Source of the DNA: a virus
Length of the DNA stretch: 50,401 bases
Direction: 5' to 3' (one strand)
IMG/VR virus record: IMGVR_UViG_3300028549_001760
Both the position numbers and the translations under genes were made by a program. How positions within the stretch are numbered: the stretch's first letter is position 1; each line of letters opens with the position of its first letter. The notes beneath the pieces were generated by a model that worked only from the letters and a program-made list of their open reading frames with translations, searched no databases and had not been told where the DNA came from. Below are positions 24,157-30,266 of this stretch, one piece after another.

Positions 24157-24417
24157 TTAGCCCCCGATCTTTGCTGATAAGCATTCATCGACCATGCTCA
24201 AGGCTCTTTTGACGCCTTCGATGTCGTTGCGGCCGGCCGCGACTTTGGCCATGATGACCGCGGTGATTATTGTCGTCGAGGCGGCGTAGGCCACCATCGC
24301 GCTTTCTTGAACAGACTGGGGGATCGCGGAATTAAACCGGACCATGGCCACCCATTCGTTTTTGTCGCTCATTAAGCTGTACATTTCAGCGACTTCCGGG
24401 TCCTTGATTGCAGTCAT
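24157..24417 (-). CDS. Hypothetical 86-aa protein
   Basis: ORF track. GGAGGT lies upstream of the ATG. Confidence 0.5.
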   Translation of the reverse strand: MTAIKDPEVAEMYSLMSDKNEWVAMVRFNSAIPQSVQESAMVAYAASTTIITAVIMAKVAAGRNDIEGVKRALSMVDECLSAKIGG

Positions 24418-24419
24418 CG

Positions 24420-24620
24420 TTACCTCCTGCAGAGTTGTTGGATTTGGTAGAGTGCGTTCTCGTCGACAAGGGCTTCGCGTTCAAACCCATTCTCCAGGTA
24501 GGTAACCAGGTAAAAGGGTTCCTCGGCCATATTGTTGACGATAACGACCTGACAGATTTCGTAGCGGGGGCCACAAGCAGCCAAGAGGATGGCCGCCAGG
24601 GCGATAAAGATTTTTCTCAC
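24420..24620 (-). CDS. Small lipoprotein (66 aa)
   Basis: MRKIFIALAAILLAACGP has a signal peptide and an LAAC lipobox. GTG start with a GTGA overlap. Confidence 0.55.
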   Translation of the reverse strand: MRKIFIALAAILLAACGPRYEICQVVIVNNMAEEPFYLVTYLENGFEREALVDENALYQIQQLCRR

Positions 24621-24919
24621 TTGGGGACGTCCGGGGCTACAACGCCGACCGTCGATGGCGCGATCGATTCAGGGCTTAAGCGAAAGCTTCGATCATCACA
24701 CAAGCTCCACTTGCCATAGATATCAACCATGCCGTTGTTCATCCTAATGTAAGACGGGATCTCCCGCTCTTCTATTTTGACCATGATCGAAAGGCCGTCT
24801 GTATTGAATCGACCGGGAGTAACCGCGGCAGACATCCAGACAGTTCCGGTTTCGTCTGGCGAAAACTTCACCCGCTTCAAGTAGCCTTTTAGGATGATAG
24901 GGTTTTCTATTTCGGCCAT
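24617..24919 (-). CDS. Hypothetical 100-aa protein
   Basis: I chose ATG 24919 (MAEIENPIIL), 1 nt after the upstream TGA. The longer track ORF (to 25087) overlaps the preceding gene in another frame. Confidence 0.5.
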   Translation of the reverse strand: MAEIENPIILKGYLKRVKFSPDETGTVWMSAAVTPGRFNTDGLSIMVKIEEREIPSYIRMNNGMVDIYGKWSLCDDRSFRLSPESIAPSTVGVVAPDVPK

Positions 24920-24920
24920 A

Positions 24921-25100
24921 TCAGTTCCCATGCCCGAGAAGGGCGTGGCGGTAGGCCGTCTCGACAGTGCTTTTCGCATTGTCGCATTCCATGTCCATGC
25001 CCATCGCCTGGCCGGCGTCATAGGCAGCTGCGAGTGCCGATTTGCCCTGTTCGAGGGCGGTTTCAACGGCGGCGTAGATCTTTTCATAGACTGCTTTCAT
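24921..25100 (-). CDS. Hypothetical 59-aa helical protein
   Basis: ATG 25100 (MKAVYEKIYAAVE) lies 40 nt downstream of palindrome copy 5. The track extension includes VENFPQ from the palindrome. Confidence 0.45.
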   Translation of the reverse strand: MKAVYEKIYAAVETALEQGKSALAAAYDAGQAMGMDMECDNAKSTVETAYRHALLGHGN

Positions 25101-25140
25101 ACAAGATCCTTTCCCCTGCTTTGCAGGTGTTAAAATTGCT

Positions 25141-25158
25141 TGTGGAAAATTTTCCACA
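25141..25158. promoter_or_regulatory. 18-bp palindrome TGTGGAAAATTTTCCACA, copy 5
   Basis: Perfect palindrome, 3 nt from the 3' end of the tRNA-like element and 40 nt upstream of ATG 25100 (minus strand). Confidence 0.8.
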
Positions 25159-25161
25159 ATA

Positions 25162-25228
25162 TGGGGACGGCAGGACTTGAACCTGCGACTGCCACTAAAG
25201 GCTAACCTACCAACTGGTCCACATCCCC
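25162..25228 (-). ncRNA. tRNA-like element (67 nt): acceptor, D and T arms fold, the anticodon arm does not
   Basis: The minus-strand reading is GGGGATG-TG-GACC-AGTTGGTA-GGTT-A-GCC-TTTAGT-GGC-AGTC-GCAGG-TTCAAGT-CCTGC-CGTCCCC-A. The anticodon region has only a 3-bp stem and a 6-nt loop, and the element is about 6 nt too short for a standard tRNA. Confidence 0.4.
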
Positions 25229-25233
25229 ATGTC

Positions 25234-25264
25234 ACGCTGCGCTATTGTATTAACAGCGCAGCGT
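25234..25264. terminator. 10-bp GC-rich hairpin downstream of the second ssb gene
   Basis: ACGCTGCGCT-attgtattaac-AGCGCAGCGT. A T-run (TTTTC) follows on the plus strand only, so its role for minus-strand transcripts is uncertain. Confidence 0.45.
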
Positions 25265-25270
25265 TTTCAA

Positions 25271-25717
25271 TTACTCGTGACAGGTCTGAATAGCTTCATC
25301 GACGCCGGACTCGCCAGCTTCGATAGCGTCGGCCGCTTCAACGCGGGCCTCAAGATCGGTGTCGGCTGAATCGTTGGTGGCCTTGCGCGGTACCGGCTTG
25401 AACTCAACGTGTTCAGCTACTACCTTCACGCGGGCCTGCATCTTGCCTTCGGCATCGGTCCAGCGATCCTGCTTGATGCGTCCTACGATACGGACGCCGC
25501 GGCCTTTGACCAGATGATTCGCGCAGGTTTCGGCCAGCTTCGACCAGCACTCGATGGAGATAAAGCTGACTTCCTTTTCAGTGACGTCGCCGTTCTTGTA
25601 GAAGCGGTTGGTCCCAACGGTGAATTCGCAGACCGAGTGGCCGTTAGGCGTGGTCTTGAGGATCGGGTCGCGGGTGAGGTTGCCTTCGATGATGATACTG
25701 TTCAAATTGCTCAACAT
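25271..25717 (-). CDS. Second SSB-family protein (OB fold), lacking the canonical acidic-tip motif
   Basis: IIIEGNLTRDPILKTTPNGHSVCEFTVGTNRFY...ISIECWSKLAE fits the SSB OB-fold pattern. The C-terminus is acidic but ends ...AIQTCHE. Confidence 0.8.
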   Translation of the reverse strand: MLSNLNSIIIEGNLTRDPILKTTPNGHSVCEFTVGTNRFYKNGDVTEKEVSFISIECWSKLAETCANHLVKGRGVRIVGRIKQDRWTDAEGKMQARVKVVAEHVEFKPVPRKATNDSADTDLEARVEAADAIEAGESGVDEAIQTCHE

Positions 25718-25764
25718 ATTGAGCCTCCTAGCATAGATTTCGGCCCGCCCATACGGGCAGGTTA

Positions 25765-25819
25765 TGGCGGAGCCGGGAGTCGAACCCGGCCGTTCTACTT
25801 TTCAGTAGCCGTATCCGCA
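25765..25819 (-). ncRNA. tRNA-like fragment: canonical T arm and acceptor end, no D arm, GAAA-loop hairpin in place of the anticodon arm
   Basis: The minus-strand reading is (T)GCGGA(T)-ACGG-CTACT-GAAA-AGTAG-AACGG-CCGGG-TTCGACT-CCCGG-CTCCGCC-A. It overlaps the stop codon of ORF 25802..26020. Confidence 0.3.
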
Positions 25820-26020
25820 ACGGGCTGCTTCACGCTGCGCCGTATAGATCGCGTTCTTCATGGTGACCATGTCCTTCCAGTGGACCAAGGCGCCGTTCAT
25901 TACCTTGAACACTCCATACACGATATGCTGGAGACGGCCGATCACGACCGTGGTTTCTTTTACGACACAAACTGTTGCATCGAAAACGATGCTTCCATCA
26001 CTGTAGATTGGATGACTCAT
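25802..26020 (-). CDS. Hypothetical 72-aa protein
   Basis: ORF track. Its last codons and TGA lie inside the hairpin of the tRNA-like fragment. Confidence 0.45.
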   Translation of the reverse strand: MSHPIYSDGSIVFDATVCVVKETTVVIGRLQHIVYGVFKVMNGALVHWKDMVTMKNAIYTAQREAARCGYGY

Positions 26021-26042
26021 TTTTAAGTCCTTTCAGAATGAT

Positions 26043-26294
26043 TCACATTCTTTGGTTCCAGGCTTCGGTCACCTTCTCTGCGGCGGCTCTTGAAGCGCTG
26101 TTATCGTCAAGGTGATTCGCCAGGCATTCTTCCCTGGCGATTGATAGGCCACATATCTTGCAAACAACTTTCGCTGGCAGATATGTTGTTTCTTCTTCAG
26201 TCGCCCAAGATTGGCACAACTGCCTAAACTTATGGCCGAATGTTCTTAGGGCCATGCCCCCGCAACAAGGGCAGAGAAGCAATTTGGCGATCAT
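26043..26294 (-). CDS. Lar-family-like restriction alleviation protein (83 aa)
   Basis: The N-terminus has LLLCPCCGG and there is a second CKICG pair. It ends AAEKVTEAWNQRM, matching the Lar-type A-x-x-x-WN-x-R ending. Confidence 0.5.
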   Translation of the reverse strand: MIAKLLLCPCCGGMALRTFGHKFRQLCQSWATEEETTYLPAKVVCKICGLSIAREECLANHLDDNSASRAAAEKVTEAWNQRM

Positions 26295-26464
26295 GTTAAT
26301 ACGTTCCGCTGGGATATCTGGACTTCTTCGATCGCAGATTCCGGAGCCTCGGGGTGGGCCTTTAGCGCCGCTGCCATAGCTTCCGAGGCATTGTGCGCTA
26401 AAGTCTGGAAGTACACGCGAGTCCTGTCATCGCTAGGTGCGAACACGACATGGTAAAAGTGCAT
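26291..26464 (-). CDS. Hypothetical 57-aa protein (below the ORF-track cut-off)
   Basis: ATG follows immediately after the upstream TGA (TGAATG). Its own stop forms an ATGA overlap with the next start (26291-26294). Confidence 0.45.
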   Translation of the reverse strand: MHFYHVVFAPSDDRTRVYFQTLAHNASEAMAAALKAHPEAPESAIEEVQISQRNVLT

Positions 26465-26647
26465 TCAAACCTCCGTATAGCAGACAGACGAAAACTCGCC
26501 GAACCTTGCTTTGGCAAAGGCTTCGGCTTCATTGTGTCCGCGGGCCATGACGTAGCTGATTTCTAACCCAAGCTCGTTATAGACGATATACCATTTGTAA
26601 CCGCGAATGAGCCTGGAGTTGTCCGGGGTAGTGGTGAAGGTTGCCAT
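26465..26647 (-). CDS. Hypothetical 60-aa protein
   Basis: ORF track. Tightly packed between neighbours. Confidence 0.5.
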   Translation of the reverse strand: MATFTTTPDNSRLIRGYKWYIVYNELGLEISYVMARGHNEAEAFAKARFGEFSSVCYTEV

Positions 26648-26928
26648 CAGTACCCCTCCGCTAGGTCAGAATACTTCGACTGCTCAAGAAGGTTGAGCGC
26701 GCGTTGAGCAGCATCGGCTTCGGCGTGCTCTAATTCTTGTTGAGCATTCCAAACCGGCATCATGCGCAGCGCCATATCAGCCGTCACCTTCTCGAAGTTC
26801 CTGACTATCGCTTTCGCCTGCAGGTAATTCTTGAAGGATTCGTCGACGACGATAATGCCAGGGCCAAGACGCTTATTGACCGGGGAGCAGGAATACTCCC
26901 AAGGATCCGGATAGACGTACAGTATCAT
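26647..26928 (-). CDS. Hypothetical 93-aa protein
   Basis: ORF track. AAGGAG lies upstream of the ATG. Confidence 0.55.
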   Translation of the reverse strand: MILYVYPDPWEYSCSPVNKRLGPGIIVVDESFKNYLQAKAIVRNFEKVTADMALRMMPVWNAQQELEHAEADAAQRALNLLEQSKYSDLAEGY

Positions 26929-26940
26929 GTGATACTCCTT

Positions 26941-27111
26941 TTAGAATGGTTCAATGCCGCGGTTCCACTGTTGCCCGCACGCGTCTCCTTCTTCGTTGCT
27001 TTCAAGCCGGCAACCGCACTCTTGGCATACAACTATGCAAGACTGTTTCCTGTCGCCGATTCTTTCAAACTCTGCCGGACCATTGCAGAAGGGGCAAGGT
27101 TGTAATTTCAT
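26941..27111 (-). CDS. Second Lar-family-like zinc-ribbon protein (56 aa, below the ORF-track cut-off)
   Basis: The sequence is MKLQPCPFCNGPAEFERIGDRKQSCIVVCQECGCRLESNEEGDACGQQWNRGIEPF. It has CPFCG-type and CQECG pairs and an A-x-x-x-WN-R ending. AAAGGAG lies upstream. Confidence 0.55.
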   Translation of the reverse strand: MKLQPCPFCNGPAEFERIGDRKQSCIVVCQECGCRLESNEEGDACGQQWNRGIEPF

Positions 27112-27123
27112 GGTAGCTCCTTT

Positions 27124-27330
27124 CTAGTCCAAGATTGTTTTGACCAACGCCTTAGCGCGGTCCAGTGTAGCCGTTTGGATCAGGGTGCAGCCTTCCTGAA
27201 AGATACAAGCGCAGTTCTCTAACTCGAGAACTATCGCTGTACCCGAGCCGCCGTGGCAGCAGGTCACAGACTTCGGTTCGTACTCCATCAAACTCTGCAG
27301 CATTTCGCCGCTCACCTTAATGCTGACCAT
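27124..27330 (-). CDS. Hypothetical 68-aa protein
   Basis: ATG 27330 (MVSIKVSG) follows AAGGAGG. It is preceded by a degenerate palindrome TGTGGATTCTACCAC at 27343-27357. Confidence 0.5.
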   Translation of the reverse strand: MVSIKVSGEMLQSLMEYEPKSVTCCHGGSGTAIVLELENCACIFQEGCTLIQTATLDRAKALVKTILD

Positions 27331-27453
27331 GCCATTCCTCCTTGTGGATTCTACCACTGGGTTTCACCTAGATTTTCGTACAGGATTTTCGTACTAGAGA
27401 AGCACACCCCTCGATTTTCGTGATGGTTTTTGGCTTCTAGCGGCTCCCAGCAA

Positions 27454-27699
27454 TCACCAGGTTGTAGTCCCAAGCCGCTTACTTATCTCTGCAGCCAGGC
27501 CCACCAGATTATCTTGCTGTATACGTTCAATTTCCAAAGCCGTTAAGCCGCGCCGCCACATCCCGTAAGAGGCTCTCCTCCTATATCCACCTATACTGAC
27601 TATCTCACTATTCCTGATGTAGTAGTACATCGTCTTTGTCTCTTGTTCCCTTGTCTGCTTGACCATTTTTACCTCTTTTCTATGCCACTTCTCTGTCAT
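27454..27699 (-). CDS. Hypothetical 81-aa basic protein
   Basis: ORF track. Its start codon lies inside the first copy of a 20-bp tandem repeat. Confidence 0.5.
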   Translation of the reverse strand: MTEKWHRKEVKMVKQTREQETKTMYYYIRNSEIVSIGGYRRRASYGMWRRGLTALEIERIQQDNLVGLAAEISKRLGTTTW

Positions 27700-27730
27700 T
27701 TGTGGACATCATCTGTCATTTGTGGACATC
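27691..27730. repeat. Two tandem 20-bp direct repeats (c/a)TCTGTCATTTGTGGACATC
   Basis: 27691-27710 and 27711-27730 differ only at the first base. Each contains TTTGTGGACA, which is related to the palindrome half-site. Confidence 0.9.
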
Positions 27731-27734
27731 CCTA

Positions 27735-27899
27735 CTATCGTAGGTTAAGTAGGTTTATCGCTTTTTCTGTTGCTTGAACCATGGTTTTGACGAAATATGA
27801 GTCCAAGTACTCGTTATTCTGAAACACCAAGACCTCAAAACTAGCCTCAATATGGTCTACTAAGGCACTATGTATATCTCTAATTATAGTTACGAACAT
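27735..27899 (-). CDS. Hypothetical 54-aa protein, first gene of the minus-strand block
   Basis: ATG 27899 (MFVTIIRD) follows AAAGGAG. The track ORF to 27977 runs into the palindrome. Confidence 0.45.
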   Translation of the reverse strand: MFVTIIRDIHSALVDHIEASFEVLVFQNNEYLDSYFVKTMVQATEKAINLLNLR

Positions 27900-27944
27900 G
27901 ATACACTCCTTTACCACTATACCGTGGTATCCTACCGGATAAAA

Positions 27945-27962
27945 TGTGGAAATATTTCCACA
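27945..27962. promoter_or_regulatory. 18-bp palindrome TGTGGAAATATTTCCACA, copy 6
   Basis: Perfect palindrome. It shares an extended 29-bp context ATAAAATGTGGAAAWWTTTCCACAATTTG with copy 7. Confidence 0.8.
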
Positions 27963-28002
27963 ATTTGCTGTGAACATCGAACTGCATCAACCAGATATAA
28001 AA

Positions 28003-28020
28003 TGTGGAAAATTTTCCACA
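28003..28020. promoter_or_regulatory. 18-bp palindrome TGTGGAAAATTTTCCACA, copy 7
   Basis: Perfect palindrome, 58 bp from copy 6, at the edge of the AT-rich stretch. Confidence 0.8.
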
Positions 28021-28155
28021 ATTTGAGATCAAACTACATGATGAAAACACCTATATACATCACTATTATTTTGAACAAAACCATATCAAATATCATTAAA
28101 ACTATATGTATATTGAATAATTCATATAACATTTTGTACAAAACCTTTTACATTT
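28021..28155. other. AT-rich gene-free stretch bracketed by palindrome copies 7 and 8 (candidate DNA-unwinding element / replication origin)
   Basis: I counted 26 G+C in the 120 bp from 28021 to 28140 (about 78% A+T). The palindrome halves fit the relaxed DnaA-box pattern TTWTNCACA. Confidence 0.4.
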
Positions 28156-28173
28156 GGTGGAAATATTTCCACA
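28156..28173. promoter_or_regulatory. Palindrome copy 8, GGTGGAAATATTTCCACA (16-bp core perfect, outer base mismatched)
   Basis: The core GTGGAAATATTTCCAC at 28157-28172 is a perfect palindrome. Confidence 0.7.
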
Positions 28174-28228
28174 ATATGGTCAAAAACACCGGGGTTATAT
28201 AAAACAGAGTGGTCTTTTACCATACAAA

Positions 28229-28398
28229 CCACATGGCGGTAGCCATTTGGTGGATGATATTCATGATGGGAGTACAATAGAATGGAGTCCCAACGCATTT
28301 TCATTCGGTGCGGTAGCACCGGTTTTCCTTCCTTACACGACTAACCATCCCAACATACCTGGCGGTAGCCGGGACATTTATATTGGACGACTAACCAT
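28229..28398. repeat. Three related stem-loops with identical GGTA loops, plus a duplicated 12-mer ACGACTAACCAT, in a gene-free region
   Basis: The hairpins are at 28229-28253 (CCAC-ATGGC-GGTA-GCCAT-ttg-GTGG), 28306-28321 (CGGTGC-GGTA-GCACCG) and 28358-28373 (CCTGGC-GGTA-GCCGGG). The 12-mers are at 28337-28348 and 28387-28398. Confidence 0.8.
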
Positions 28399-28429
28399 TT
28401 TAAGAATGATCTACCCAAGGGGGACCTAT

Positions 28430-28477
28430 TCAAAAAAAAATAAAAAGCAAAAAAAAAGAGGCCAGCCTTTCGGCCAG
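28430..28477 (-). terminator. Minus-strand intrinsic terminator
   Basis: The minus strand reads CTGGCC-GAAA-GGCTGG, where the stem needs G-U pairs and so forms only in this orientation. It is followed by CCTCTTTTTTTTTGCTTTTTATTTTTTTTT. Confidence 0.6.
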
Positions 28478-28486
28478 CCGCTTGGT

Positions 28487-28663
28487 TTAGTATTTGTATG
28501 TATCGCCAGTCACCTGGCGCCATACTAGCATGACCGCTTCCATAGTGGCGGCTTGTACTTGCTTTATTCCGTCAATAAACAAAATGAAGTACCCTTGACT
28601 GCAATACACTCGACCTATATGGGCCTTGTGTCTCATTGTGTCTACTGCTACTTGCTTTTGCAT
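28487..28663 (-). CDS. Possible 58-aa ORF forming its own small transcription unit (below the ORF-track cut-off)
   Basis: AAGAGGA lies 5 nt before ATG 28663 (MQKQVAVDTMRHKAH...). The stop lies about 10 nt before the terminator stem. Third-position G/C is only about 48%, so coding status is uncertain. Confidence 0.35.
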   Translation of the reverse strand: MQKQVAVDTMRHKAHIGRVYCSQGYFILFIDGIKQVQAATMEAVMLVWRQVTGDTYKY

Positions 28664-28737
28664 AGTGTCCTCTTTTTGTCCATCTTAGGACAATAAAACG
28701 TGCACGCATAGTCAAGGCGCGCTTTTCGGTAATAAAT

Positions 28738-28757
28738 GGCGGCTTGTTACAGCCGCC
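28738..28757. terminator. Hairpin GGCGGCT-tgttac-AGCCGCC with A/T-rich flanks on both sides (putative bidirectional terminator)
   Basis: It lies 6 nt downstream of the stop of 28763..29053. ATTTATT follows on the minus strand and CTTTATTATTT on the plus strand. Confidence 0.55.
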
Positions 28758-28762
28758 CTTTA

Positions 28763-29053
28763 TTATTTGTGCCATCTCTTTTCTATCCAGCCAGCTTTTC
28801 TACGCTCGCGCTGTGCCGATACATAAGGCTGGCTGTCTGACTGTCCGTGGTATCCTCTGTCTAATTCGGCAGCATAGATACTGTCAAATCTGTACTTCCA
28901 GAATCCATAGTCAGGATCTTGTTGTAGTGGGGTGTATGCCCCATACAGACATGACTCATCACTTGGCTTGCCAGCTAGCAACAATTGGCCATCATTGGTC
29001 ATTGTCACAGGCCAAGCAAAGCCGGCCAAAAAGACTGGCCGGCAACGCATCAA
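28763..29053 (-). CDS. Hypothetical 96-aa protein in the leftward two-gene island
   Basis: ORF track. TGATG overlap with the upstream stop. Confidence 0.5.
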   Translation of the reverse strand: MMRCRPVFLAGFAWPVTMTNDGQLLLAGKPSDESCLYGAYTPLQQDPDYGFWKYRFDSIYAAELDRGYHGQSDSQPYVSAQRERRKAGWIEKRWHK

Positions 29054-29400
29054 AATCCTCCATTGTCTTGACTGGCAAGGTAGCTATCTACCATACCTTG
29101 AAGTATCCACAATGGAAGCTTAGGACGTTCGCAGAATTCAGCCCATGTCGGGATTGTGTACTCAATGGTATCGCCATCATCATTCGCAAACTCTTTATTT
29201 TCACCGCCATGCGTTGAATAATACATGAAGAGCTTGTTTGCCCAGTACCGGCTCGATGATACAATGTCGTCGGCCTTGCAAGCCCTTGCGTCTCGTATCA
29301 GTCCCCGGCCAAACTCTGTCAAGTTTTCGGCCCGATCGGTAGTAGCCAACAAGTCAATAGCAATGTCATGGAGAATCTTAGAATCAAAAGCTGATTTCAT
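29050..29400 (-). CDS. Hypothetical 116-aa protein in the leftward two-gene island
   Basis: ORF track. Third-position G/C is visibly lower than in the rest of the genome. Confidence 0.55.
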   Translation of the reverse strand: MKSAFDSKILHDIAIDLLATTDRAENLTEFGRGLIRDARACKADDIVSSSRYWANKLFMYYSTHGGENKEFANDDGDTIEYTIPTWAEFCERPKLPLWILQGMVDSYLASQDNGGF

Positions 29401-29705
29401 CTTGAAACCTCTTGCTTAAAAGCTTGCCTATCACTATGTGATACTTTACTAACAATTCAAGTATGGGGCTTGTGTACCATACCTTGCTAGTGGCCTATAC
29501 TGCGTGCCTTGTCTGTTGCCAAGTCTACGCTATCCTATGTTAAAGACTGTTGCAATCAAGTGTTGTCCTTGCTGTTGCAACCATGTAATGAATATACAGT
29601 ATTCAAATAAATAATGCAAGCGAAAAACGGCTTTTTAGGTATATATACCAGTGACCCCTCCGAGAAAATTTTGGTTCTCCAAAACACCTTGAACTGCTGC
29701 CACCG

Positions 29706-30266
29706 ATGTCATATACTGCAACCATGCGTAGAGGAATTAAAGAACTGATCAGTAAGGTACTCGACGAAGAGACGAGCATTGAGACGTATGATGGGAAGCT
29801 GGACAAGGCGACGGTTGAGGAAGCCTTGATAAGGGTGACTGTCAAACGAGCGATGGACCCCAGGGCAAGATTGGGGATGGAGGCGCATCGTTTCCTGACG
29901 GAGTATCTATATGGGAAACCTGTCCAGCCTACGGCGTTAATGGTCAAGAACTTTTCGGAGCTTGATGATATGAGCGAAGAAGAGTTGTTGAAAAAACAGA
30001 GTGAGATTATGAGAGGAGCGTTGAATGGGGATTTTACAGACTCACCGGAAGATCCATCAAGAGTACTTGAGCCAGGGGAAAGAACCGAGATCATACACGG
30101 TTTACTTGAGGCCCGGGGAGACGTCCGATCGAAAGGCGGACAAGCAACGGCGGCGCGAAGAGAAGAAGCGGAAAGAGTTGCAGAGGAAATTGAGCAGGCA
30201 GCTATCGAAAGTTATGTAGCACCGGAGGGTACCGATGACTTGTTATCAGGGATATGGGATTTGTGA
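29706..30266 (+). CDS. Putative terminase small subunit (assigned mainly by position)
   Basis: It is the first plus-strand gene, two small ORFs upstream of terL. It has a helical N-terminal half and an acidic/basic C-terminal tail. No diagnostic motif. Confidence 0.35.
   Translation: MSYTATMRRGIKELISKVLDEETSIETYDGKLDKATVEEALIRVTVKRAMDPRARLGMEAHRFLTEYLYGKPVQPTALMVKNFSELDDMSEEELLKKQSEIMRGALNGDFTDSPEDPSRVLEPGERTEIIHGLLEARGDVRSKGGQATAARREEAERVAEEIEQAAIESYVAPEGTDDLLSGIWDL

Noticed and set aside
10677-25235. N-terminal extensions containing ENFPQ, EIFPQ or WKIFH in many ORF-track entries (for example 10677..11048, 19735..20370, 24921..25235, 22845..23027, 11018..11200)
   Set aside because: These peptides are the 18-bp palindrome translated in various frames. 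In each real gene a start codon with a good SD lies just downstream of the motif.
28154-28528. 124-aa plus-strand ORF across the hairpin region
   Set aside because: It starts inside palindrome copy 8 (MVEIFPQ), runs through all three GGTA hairpins and an A-run read as KKNKKQKK, and has no SD. The region is better explained as non-coding.
28572-28775. 67-aa minus-strand ORF
   Set aside because: It begins upstream of, and reads through, the terminator-like hairpin 28738-28757 and overlaps the end of 28763..29053. The smaller SD-preceded ORF 28487..28663 is the more plausible unit, and even that is uncertain.
29603-30094. 163-aa Ser-rich minus-strand ORF
   Set aside because: It is antisense to the first late gene (29706..30266). 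The product is low-complexity and there is no start context.
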